Shown piece by piece: positions 8,556-16,174 of a stretch of 25,581 nucleotides of DNA. Below the pieces are notes generated by a model that did not search any database, was not told where the DNA came from, and was given only the letters and a program-made list of their open reading frames with translations. Numbering within the stretch: the first letter of the stretch is position 1; the number at the start of each line of letters is the position of its first letter. The position numbers were made by a program, and so were the translations under genes. Source of the stretch: a virus (taxonomy: Duplodnaviria > Caudoviricetes); the IMG/VR virus record IMGVR_UViG_3300020220_000293, positions 1 to 25,581 of that record; one strand, written 5' to 3'.

Positions 8556-9466
8556 TGAATAATCAATTTGCTACGCAATTCTTATTAGAAGATTTAAAAG
8601 ATCTGCCTGACGAAGATCTACCTTTCGATGAGAAGTTTATTGAGGCGATGATCGAAAAAGCTATGTCTTTTGGTTTAACTCGAATCGAAGCAGTAGCAAT
8701 GGTTAGAGAGATTATCAAGGGATTTAAGCTAGATGAAGATGGAGGAGCAGCAGCACCTGCAGGAGGTGGGGGTAGTACAACAGGCGGTGGAGTAACTAAC
8801 GGAGCAACAGTCAGCGGCGGACCTGAAGGAGAACAATACTTTGCCGGTACGCGAAAGAAAAAGATCAAAGAAGATGCACCGCGTCTTGCCGGATCACCTG
8901 CTAGGACTACTTCACAGGGTGCTAAAAACCTAAGTGCATATAGTAGCGTTGGTTTTACTAAGGCACCAAGTGCTCAAGAGGCCGGAAAAAAGATAAAGGG
9001 CGTACAGGTTAAGATGCTTTGGAAAGAAGGTCAGACTCCTGCCTGGGATGAAGTAAAAGAGTTTGTATTAAAGCTAGCAAAGCATTACGGATACGGAAAC
9101 GATTATGTAGATTATATGAAAGGCTGTCACCAACAAGGTCTAATTGTTAAACCACAGGATTTAGAGACTTGTACTGCAGGATACGGTGAGGCTCTAAGAG
9201 AGTACATAAACGAATCTCGTGCATATTCACAGTTTAAAAAGCAAACTGCCATTCGTCCTAAGGATCAGCAGATGCACGAGGCGGTAAAAATCATTCATAA
9301 GAAATTAGAAGAAGTATCCAGGCTTGTAGAATTCGCTCAGCAAATGAGAAATGAATTAACTGAAGGTGAAAACGCTCTTGAATATAAGCATAACACTAAA
9401 AAGATCTTTGAGAAAATCAATTCAAAAGTAGTAGAAGTGTATACAAAAACTAGAGATTTAAAATAA
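8555..9466 (+). CDS. putative prohead core protein carrying a copy of the MCP N-arm
   Basis: Several L/I-x-E sites; STTGGGVTNGAT is identical to MCP residues 62-73. Confidence 0.7.
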   Translation: MNNQFATQFLLEDLKDLPDEDLPFDEKFIEAMIEKAMSFGLTRIEAVAMVREIIKGFKLDEDGGAAAPAGGGGSTTGGGVTNGATVSGGPEGEQYFAGTRKKKIKEDAPRLAGSPARTTSQGAKNLSAYSSVGFTKAPSAQEAGKKIKGVQVKMLWKEGQTPAWDEVKEFVLKLAKHYGYGNDYVDYMKGCHQQGLIVKPQDLETCTAGYGEALREYINESRAYSQFKKQTAIRPKDQQMHEAVKIIHKKLEEVSRLVEFAQQMRNELTEGENALEYKHNTKKIFEKINSKVVEVYTKTRDLK

Positions 9467-9471
9467 GGTAT

Positions 9472-9606
9472 ATGGCAAAAGGAAAAGGCGGTAGTGAATT
9501 AAGAAAGATCAGTTTTGGCAAAAGAAAAGCAGGTTCTGCTCAGAAAAGTTTTAACAAACACAGTCCGCGGCCTAAAAAATATCGCGGGCAAGGAAGAAAA
9601 CCTTAA
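9472..9606 (+). CDS. 44-aa highly basic protein (KKYRGQG motif)
   Basis: MAKGKGGSELRKISFGKRKAGSAQKSFNKHSPRPKKYRGQGRKP; fills the gap exactly; below the ORF-track cutoff. Confidence 0.75.
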   Translation: MAKGKGGSELRKISFGKRKAGSAQKSFNKHSPRPKKYRGQGRKP

Positions 9607-9611
9607 GCATT

Positions 9612-9908
9612 ATGAGTACTAAAAAATTTCTTGGTGAAATCAACCGGCTGAAAAAAATTGCCGGACTGTTAAAAGAAGAGCTTGATCTATCTGATACACC
9701 AGAATTTATCAAGAAAAGCGATCTACATACAGGTAAGATCACAAACGTTACTTTTGACGGAATAGATCATAACGACTACCCTGATTACGTTGATGCATAT
9801 GTTGTTAGCGCGGATATAGACGGCAGACCAATGACTGAGGAAGAAATAGATGAGTTAAACGGTGATTCTGATCTAGTATACGATTTGCTTATGGATTACT
9901 TATACTGA
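9612..9908 (+). CDS. putative internal head (cargo) protein with KKIAG leader
   Basis: MSTKKFLGEINRLKKIAGLLKEE, then a very acidic domain. Confidence 0.7.
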   Translation: MSTKKFLGEINRLKKIAGLLKEELDLSDTPEFIKKSDLHTGKITNVTFDGIDHNDYPDYVDAYVVSADIDGRPMTEEEIDELNGDSDLVYDLLMDYLY

Positions 9909-9916
9909 GTCATAAC

Positions 9917-9923
9917 TATTTAT
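9917..9923 (+). promoter_or_regulatory. TATTTAT motif (putative late promoter)
   Basis: 4 nt before ATG 9928. Confidence 0.55.
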
Positions 9924-9927
9924 TATT

Positions 9928-11289
9928 ATGAAAAATATTCAAGCTCAATACCAAGACCTGTTAGAGGGTAAGATGTCTAAGAGCAACTTCATGCGTAATG
10001 TACGTATGCAGTTTCCACAACATATCTCACCTACTACCTCTTTTGACGATTCCGTAAGAATCCTAAAAGGAAAGCGTATTTTATCCGAAAACAAATCTAC
10101 TGAGTACAATAAGATAATTGATTTCATAAAATACGAAGTCGATTATGTTCCCGATGATATTGAAGTATATATGAAGTGGCTGGAACCTTATAGAACCATG
10201 GCTTTGAAAGCATTGCAATACAGGAAAAAGAATTTTAGTCAAATGTCAAAAGATAGGTTGCAATCTTTAGCTGAAGCTAAAAAGCCTGAAGGTGTTTACG
10301 GTCATAATCCAAACGCCGAAAACGACACCTACAGAGGTATCGATCACCTAAACTACTACCAGGTTTATCATGGCATTCAATTTGAGCTTGCTAAGATGCC
10401 AGAGATTACTGACGAGAATTACGTTAAGGCTAGAAAGAAAGTCGTTGATACTATCCTGAAAGATCCTGATGCTTACAAAGATTTGCAGCTTGCAAACTTT
10501 AAGGCCGTCAAGGAAATGGATAAGGATCTCGAAATGAAAGATGTTAAGAAAAACAATCTTAACGACAAGCCAAATGAGATGAAGGTTGTTAAGAAAGATG
10601 CTAAAGCCAACACGCAAGATACTCTCGAAAAGAAAGAAAAAAGAAAGTCTAAGACTGCTAAGGTACCTGTAATGACTCAAACTCCGAAAGGAAAACTTGA
10701 AGCATTTGCAACTCCCGGTAAGGAAAAAGTAATGGCTCTCAAAGAACATATTCTTGATGAAATGACTACCCGAAATCCTCATCACGAAGAGATTCATAAG
10801 GGTAACGAGGTTTATAAAAAAAAAGGTAACGGTACCCCCGGTAAAGTAGTTGATTTTGATGGTCATACTGCTACAGTAGAATGGCAAGATGGCCATAAAG
10901 AAGATTTACAAAAAAACGTACTTACAAAAGTTAAGCCTGAAAAGACTACTACAGAGCTTCCTTCTAGCGAAATGAAACCTCGTACAATGGTTCCATGGAG
11001 CAATAACGAAGAAAAGCTCAATGAAGATCCTGTAGGGCAGCAAGCAGCAGGCGATGAAGAAGAAGAGGCTAGCTTACGTGCTACCGTTATTAGGAAAGAG
11101 GATAAAATTAAAGATCTGAAAGAAAAACTTATTAAAGCGTTGACTAAAGAAGCCGGCGATCTGGTAAAAGCGGCTGACGGAACCTTTTTAGGCGCAACTG
11201 CTACAGGAAAAGGCAAAAGTTTAGCTAATAGTATAAAGAATCAATCTAAAGGCGGTATTAATCCCATCGTTACAACAATCAGCTCATGA
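9928..11289 (+). CDS. putative prohead core/internal protein, multi-segment
   Basis: 453 aa, Lys/Glu-rich, segments bounded by LLE, LSE, LAE, LKE, LDE and LNE; overlaps the protease start. Confidence 0.65.
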   Translation: MKNIQAQYQDLLEGKMSKSNFMRNVRMQFPQHISPTTSFDDSVRILKGKRILSENKSTEYNKIIDFIKYEVDYVPDDIEVYMKWLEPYRTMALKALQYRKKNFSQMSKDRLQSLAEAKKPEGVYGHNPNAENDTYRGIDHLNYYQVYHGIQFELAKMPEITDENYVKARKKVVDTILKDPDAYKDLQLANFKAVKEMDKDLEMKDVKKNNLNDKPNEMKVVKKDAKANTQDTLEKKEKRKSKTAKVPVMTQTPKGKLEAFATPGKEKVMALKEHILDEMTTRNPHHEEIHKGNEVYKKKGNGTPGKVVDFDGHTATVEWQDGHKEDLQKNVLTKVKPEKTTTELPSSEMKPRTMVPWSNNEEKLNEDPVGQQAAGDEEEEASLRATVIRKEDKIKDLKEKLIKALTKEAGDLVKAADGTFLGATATGKGKSLANSIKNQSKGGINPIVTTISS

Positions 11290-11915
11290 GTAAGCAAGTC
11301 TTAATAGAATATCTACCATTCACACCCTTACCTAGGCAACTACACGAGGCTAGAATGAATCCTAAAGCCCCACTTATTGTAGCCGGTCTCGTACAGGCTG
11401 CCGATAGACCTAATGCTAACAAGCGTATCTACGACTTTGATACTTTAGCTAAGCAAGTAAAACTCTATATCGACGGACCCATTGCTGAAAGAAGGGCGCT
11501 TGGGGAGCTTGATCACCCAGAATCTTCTGTTATTAACCTTAAGAATGTTTGTCATAATATTACTAGACTCTGGTGGGATGGTAAGAATCTCATGGGTGAG
11601 TTTGAAGTTTTAGATACACCTTCAGGTAATATACTACGTGAATTATTTATGAACAATATTACAGTCGGTGTCTCTTCACGTGCAATGGGGTCGGTTTCAC
11701 CAATAGGTGAAGGTCTTGTTCAAGTAGAAGATGACTTAGAATTGATTTGCTGGGATTTCGTTTCTACACCTTCAACATATGGTGCTTATGTAAAACCGTT
11801 GGAAGGATTAAATGAATCTTATGATCCAAACGGCGGTGAGGGTAGGAAAAACAGTATTAATAGACTAATTTCAGATATTATTTGCACCCAAAGCGGTGTT
11901 TGCTGTATAAAATAA
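11286..11915 (+). CDS. prohead protease (T4 gp21-like)
   Basis: NANKRIY, ALGELDHP (His), GVSSRAMGS (Ser) and WDFVSTPS motifs. Confidence 0.95.
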   Translation: MSKQVLIEYLPFTPLPRQLHEARMNPKAPLIVAGLVQAADRPNANKRIYDFDTLAKQVKLYIDGPIAERRALGELDHPESSVINLKNVCHNITRLWWDGKNLMGEFEVLDTPSGNILRELFMNNITVGVSSRAMGSVSPIGEGLVQVEDDLELICWDFVSTPSTYGAYVKPLEGLNESYDPNGGEGRKNSINRLISDIICTQSGVCCIK

Positions 11916-11922
11916 AACAACT

Positions 11923-12171
11923 ATGAAACAACATCTTAACGAAATTAGGAAAATGCAGCATATAGCTGGATTGATTAATCAATCACAATCAAACGAAGCA
12001 TTCGAACCAGACTACGATCGAGGCGGGTATTTTATGGATATGCTAGAAGAAGCTATTGGTCCTTGGATAGATAGTAAAATAAAGGATGGAGAAGAAATTG
12101 AACAAATTAAAGCTGAATTACACTACGACGTAGATAAAATAGTTGATAGCCGTAGTAAGACTTATTTTTAA
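11923..12171 (+). CDS. putative internal head (cargo) protein with QHIAG leader
   Basis: MKQHLNEIRKMQHIAGLIN, then an acidic domain. Confidence 0.7.
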   Translation: MKQHLNEIRKMQHIAGLINQSQSNEAFEPDYDRGGYFMDMLEEAIGPWIDSKIKDGEEIEQIKAELHYDVDKIVDSRSKTYF

Positions 12172-12192
12172 AAAATAAGAAATCCTAAATAA

Positions 12193-12243
12193 TTAATTTC
12201 TGACATTATTTGCACTCAATCAGGTGTTTGCTGTATAAAATAA
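12193..12243 (+). repeat. orphan duplicate of protease 3' end (copy of 11865-11915)
   Basis: Both copies encode LISDIICTQSGVCCIK-stop; 44/51 nt identical, all differences synonymous. Confidence 0.9.
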
Positions 12244-12248
12244 CGATC

Positions 12249-12563
12249 ATGAAACAACAACTTACCGAAGTAAAAAGACTGCAAGAGCTTGCAGGGGTTG
12301 TTGAGCACGAGCATAATTTTTTAGAAGACCCTAACCCTTTAGACGATCTACCATCGGTGAAGTTAGATATTGACGATAACGGAATGATGAAAATCGAATT
12401 AACCGCTTTTTTTCATACTCCGGGTAACGGAAAAGTTCCGCTATTGATTAATAACCCAGCACTTCAGGAAGTAGTTATGAAATCAATTCAATTAGAATCT
12501 CAAAAAGCCTTTAGAAAAGCCGTACACGGAGTACTTGGAATCCCTTACGGCTTACCTGAATAA
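12249..12563 (+). CDS. putative internal head (cargo) protein with QELAG leader
   Basis: Start at ATG 12249: MKQQLTEVKRLQELAGVVE. Confidence 0.7.
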   Translation: MKQQLTEVKRLQELAGVVEHEHNFLEDPNPLDDLPSVKLDIDDNGMMKIELTAFFHTPGNGKVPLLINNPALQEVVMKSIQLESQKAFRKAVHGVLGIPYGLPE

Positions 12564-12606
12564 AAAAATTTTCACTAAGAATCAAGGTTTTCCGTACAGG
12601 CAGAGA

Positions 12607-12613
12607 TATTTAT
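12607..12613 (+). promoter_or_regulatory. TATTTAT motif (putative late promoter of scaffold-MCP operon)
   Basis: 89 nt before the scaffold ATG. Confidence 0.6.
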
Positions 12614-12619
12614 GAACGT

Positions 12620-12684
12620 ATGCCATCCTAATATGGCATCTCGTATTCTATACACCCTTATATTGCTACACTCTAATTAGCAAT
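12620..12684 (+). promoter_or_regulatory. twin-hairpin 5' UTR element
   Basis: ATGCCAT-CCTAAT-ATGGCAT (12620-12639) and ATTGCTA-CACTCTAAT-TAGCAAT (12662-12684). Confidence 0.5.
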
Positions 12685-12702
12685 CCCCGAAACAAATTTA
12701 AG

Positions 12703-14022
12703 ATGGAAAATCAAGAATTGTTTAAGCAAGCAATCCTTGACGCAAAGGCTGTTCGTGAGACTGCAATGGCTGCCGCCAGAACTACTCTCGCTGAGCATTT
12801 TGAACCTTTCATCAAGGAAACCATGGCAAAAGAACTCACAAAAGAAGAGCACGACACCATGGAAGAGGATAATGAAATGGAAGAAGCCATGAAGCATCAT
12901 AAAAAACATGATGCTACTGAAATGGAAGAAGCCATGAAGCATCATAAAAAACATGATGCTACTGAAATGGAAGAAGCCATGAAGCATCATAAAAAACATG
13001 ATGCTACTGAAATGGAAGAAGCCATGAAGCATCATAAAAAACATGATGCTACTGAAATGGAAGAGTCTACACTAGATGAAATCTTAGCCGAGCTAGATGC
13101 TCTTTCTGAAGAAAATATCGAAGAAGGAGATCACACAGTCGATGAAGGACACGTTCCCGAAGACGGCTACGTTGGAAAAGCAGGCAGAGGTGCAACCGGT
13201 TATAATGAACGCGCCGGAGTATCACATGGCGATGGAAAACTTCACGAAGCTGATGATGAAAAAGAAGAAGAAGACGACGAGGCTGAAGAAGCCGGCGAGG
13301 ACCTTACTAAAGACATCGAAGCGGCTAGAGGCGGTGAAGAGCAAGAAGTAGTTGATATTACTGTAGGTGAATTGAAAGACATCATTCGTGATGTATTCAT
13401 GCAATTACAGGGCGGTGATATGGCTCCTGGAGCATCACTAGATGGCGGTACTGAACTTGCAACAGATTTAGGAAGCGGCGGAGAAATGGAGGCAGGAGAA
13501 GAAGAAATCTCTCTTGATGAAATTCTAGCTGAACTTGAAGAAGAAGAGCATAAAATGGAAGAAGTTAAGAAAAAGCATCACCACAATGATAAAGTAGATG
13601 AAGGTACAGGACCGGGTGGTGAGATCGATCCTAAAGCCGAAAGCACTTACAAGGTTGAAGAAATTAAGAAAGAGCTTAATGAAGCTGTTAAAACGATAAA
13701 AGCACTTAAAACCGAACTTAATGAAATCAATCTTTTCAGTGCAAAACTTCTATATGTAAATAAAATATTCAAGGCAAAAAATCTTTCTGAATCACAAAAA
13801 ACGAAAGTAATCAACGCATTTGACAGAACAACAACAATCAAAGAGGTTGAGAATACTTACAAAACTTTACTTGAGTCAATTAGTGTAGAAGCTAAAAAAA
13901 CTTCACTTAAAGAATCCGTAGGTTTTGCATCAAAACCAATCGGTAGCGCTCCAGCTCGTCCGATTGTTGAAGCCGATGCTTTTGTATCAAGATGGCAACA
14001 GCTTGCTGGAATAAAAAAATAA
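12703..14022 (+). CDS. prohead core scaffolding protein (T4 gp22-like role)
   Basis: Very acidic, coiled-coil C-terminal half, directly upstream of MCP, many L/I-x-E sites, ends in RWQQLAGIKK. Confidence 0.85.
   Translation: MENQELFKQAILDAKAVRETAMAAARTTLAEHFEPFIKETMAKELTKEEHDTMEEDNEMEEAMKHHKKHDATEMEEAMKHHKKHDATEMEEAMKHHKKHDATEMEEAMKHHKKHDATEMEESTLDEILAELDALSEENIEEGDHTVDEGHVPEDGYVGKAGRGATGYNERAGVSHGDGKLHEADDEKEEEDDEAEEAGEDLTKDIEAARGGEEQEVVDITVGELKDIIRDVFMQLQGGDMAPGASLDGGTELATDLGSGGEMEAGEEEISLDEILAELEEEEHKMEEVKKKHHHNDKVDEGTGPGGEIDPKAESTYKVEEIKKELNEAVKTIKALKTELNEINLFSAKLLYVNKIFKAKNLSESQKTKVINAFDRTTTIKEVENTYKTLLESISVEAKKTSLKESVGFASKPIGSAPARPIVEADAFVSRWQQLAGIKK
12874..13064 (+). repeat. perfect 45-bp in-frame tandem repeat, 4 copies plus a partial
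   Basis: Unit gaaatggaagaagccatgaagcatcataaaaaacatgatgctact encodes EMEEAMKHHKKHDAT. Confidence 0.95.
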
Positions 14023-14048
14023 CAATCTCTAAACTAAACATTAAAAAA

Positions 14049-15731
14049 ATGTCAAACCTAGTTAATTCCCTTTTAGAAAGCGCTAACCCATATACCGATC
14101 AAATGGGGGTTAGTCAGAAACTTGCTAAGAAGTGGGCTAAGTCCGGCCTACTCGAGGGTTTGAAAGATTACGACCGAACTAATATGGCCGTTATTCTTGA
14201 AAACCAAGCAAAACAACTCGTACTTGAATCTTCTACAACTGGTGGTGGCGTAACCAACGGTGCAACTTTTACTCCTGGTAATGGTGAGCAGTGGGCTGGT
14301 GTAGCTTTACCTCTCGTTCGTAAGATCTTCGGACAAATTGCATCTAAAGAGTTCGTTAGCGTACAGCCAATGAACCTTCCTGCTGGTCTAGTATTCTACT
14401 TAGATTTCCAGTATGGTAACAACATCCCTAAGCCTTTCGTAAAGGGACAATCTGTTTATGGTACTCTAAACCAAACAGCTACTAGCGGATTCGGTAACTT
14501 AGCCTCTGGTGGTCTTTATGGTCAAGGCCGTTACGGATATTCTATCAACCAGTTTTCTGCTTCTGCAGGTACAGTTGTAACAACTGCCGCAACTTTTGCT
14601 AACGTTAACTTCAACAATGACTACTCTCAGTCTGTTGTAGATAGCAAGATGATTCAGATCGCAGTTCCTACTGCTTCTTTAAGCACCCCTGACCTTAACG
14701 GTATCCGTGCTTTCGAATTGAGCGCTAGCTCTGCTATACTATCCCCTTCTACTTTGATTAATGATTTTACTACTTTATCCGGTGGCGATATCTTATTCTA
14801 TGTAAGCGGATCAAATGCAGCAGCTATCGATGCTGTAACCGGTTCGATTATTGTATTCTACAATAAGCAAACCAATTTCCAAACTCGCGGTGATGTTGAA
14901 GATGCTCCTGGCGATACACCAACACCATTCTCTAATCCGAACGCTGCTTCTTCAACTCAGATCGTTATACCCGAGATTAACGTTCAGATGAAGTCAGAGA
15001 CCATCTCAGCTAAGACACGTAAGTTGAAAGCACAATGGACTCCGGAATTCGCTCAAGATTTGAATGCTTATCATTCTCTTGATGCTGAAGCAGAGTTAAC
15101 CGGTATGCTTTCAGAGTATATCTCTCTTGAGATCGATCTCGAGATCCTCGATATGTTAATCGAGAATGCTCAGACAGTTGCAAACTGGTCTGCACAGATT
15201 GGTAACCAAATTAACGCAGCTGGTACTGCTTACACTAGCAATACTGCTGGTGCTTACTATAACCAGATGTCTTGGTTCCAAACTTTAGGTATTAAGCTTC
15301 AAGCTGTATCTAATAAAATCCACCAACTGACTTTACGTGGCGGTGCTAACTTCCTAGTATGTTCACCAACTGTAGCTACAATCCTTGAATCTATTCCTGG
15401 ATTTGCAGCTGATACTGATGGTGCTGCAGATACTATGAAATATGCATTCGGCGTTCAGAAAATTGGTCAGTTAAACAGTCGTTATAAGGTTTACAAGAAC
15501 CCTTATATGACCGAGAACACTATTCTATTAGGGTTCCGTGGTAACCAATTCCTAGAGTGTGGTGCCGTTTACGCTCCATACGTACCGTTAATTATGACAC
15601 CTCTAGTGTACGATCCAGATACCTTTACACCAAGAAAAGGTATTATGACTCGCTACGCTAAGAAGATGATTCGTCCTGAATACTACGGTAAGGTATACGT
15701 TGCTAACTTAAACGTAGCTCAAGCTAGCTAA
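14049..15731 (+). CDS. major capsid protein (T4 gp23-like)
   Basis: ILENQ, LPLVRK, VSVQPMNLPAGLVFYL, AKTRKLKAQWTPEFAQDLNAYHSLDAEAEL, YAPYVPL and FTPRKGIMTRYA; start at ATG 14049 after an A-rich tract. Confidence 0.97.
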   Translation: MSNLVNSLLESANPYTDQMGVSQKLAKKWAKSGLLEGLKDYDRTNMAVILENQAKQLVLESSTTGGGVTNGATFTPGNGEQWAGVALPLVRKIFGQIASKEFVSVQPMNLPAGLVFYLDFQYGNNIPKPFVKGQSVYGTLNQTATSGFGNLASGGLYGQGRYGYSINQFSASAGTVVTTAATFANVNFNNDYSQSVVDSKMIQIAVPTASLSTPDLNGIRAFELSASSAILSPSTLINDFTTLSGGDILFYVSGSNAAAIDAVTGSIIVFYNKQTNFQTRGDVEDAPGDTPTPFSNPNAASSTQIVIPEINVQMKSETISAKTRKLKAQWTPEFAQDLNAYHSLDAEAELTGMLSEYISLEIDLEILDMLIENAQTVANWSAQIGNQINAAGTAYTSNTAGAYYNQMSWFQTLGIKLQAVSNKIHQLTLRGGANFLVCSPTVATILESIPGFAADTDGAADTMKYAFGVQKIGQLNSRYKVYKNPYMTENTILLGFRGNQFLECGAVYAPYVPLIMTPLVYDPDTFTPRKGIMTRYAKKMIRPEYYGKVYVANLNVAQAS

Positions 15732-15751
15732 TTCAGACTAGCTTAAAAAAT

Positions 15752-15782
15752 AAAGACCGGCCCTGTAAGGCCGGTTTTTTTT
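15752..15782 (+). terminator. rho-independent terminator after MCP
   Basis: ACCGGCC-CTGTAA-GGCCGGT followed by a T-run. Confidence 0.9.
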
Positions 15783-15796
15783 ATACTTATATCTAC

Positions 15797-15803
15797 TATT
15801 TAT
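15797..15803 (+). promoter_or_regulatory. TATTTAT motif (putative late promoter)
   Basis: 13 nt before ATG 15817. Confidence 0.6.
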
Positions 15804-15816
15804 ATTAAAATTATTA

Positions 15817-16085
15817 ATGCCTACTCTGTTAGATTTAAGCAGAGATCCATACGGATTAAACGGTGGTACAATCGTCAGTGATCAATAAATACAAAAGCTG
15901 ATGCATTTTGGTATCTACCAGTAACAAATACTACCGCAATAATATCATTCAGCAGTCTAACTGGAGGACCGATTAGCGCATCATTTACAGCCGGTAACGG
16001 TATTTTCGGCGCAATTACTGAAGTCTCACAGTCATCCGGTATCGCCGTTCTCTACTCAGGTTCTTATCAATACCCCCACCCCTAA
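15817..16085 (+). pseudogene. frameshifted ~89-aa small virion-type protein (1-nt deletion near 15880, or sequence error)
   Basis: MPTLLDLSRDPYGLNGGTIVS stops at 15886; the -1 frame is open 15882-16085 (SINTKADAFWYLPV...GIAVLYSGSYQYPHP); has its own promoter motif and terminator. Confidence 0.7.
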
Positions 16086-16112
16086 TATAAATCCTTGAAA
16101 ATATATAATATA

Positions 16113-16135
16113 GAACCCTCTTTTGAGGGTTTTTT
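16113..16135 (+). terminator. rho-independent terminator
   Basis: AACCCTC-TTTT-GAGGGTT followed by a T-run. Confidence 0.85.
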
Positions 16136-16151
16136 ATTCTCTTTTGCTTAC

Positions 16152-16158
16152 TATTTAT
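16152..16158 (+). promoter_or_regulatory. TATTTAT motif (putative late promoter)
   Basis: 16 nt before the phoH ATG. Confidence 0.6.
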
Positions 16159-16174
16159 ATCAAACGGTCTATGC

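Noticed and set aside
12874-13064. 45-bp repeat as a possible CRISPR array
   Set aside because: The copies are contiguous with no spacers and lie in frame within the scaffold gene.
13992-14048. ORF-track N-terminal extension of MCP
   Set aside because: It overlaps the scaffold end; ATG 14049 after an A-rich tract fits better. Track starts at 2749, 12210, 19416 and 21782 were shortened for similar reasons.
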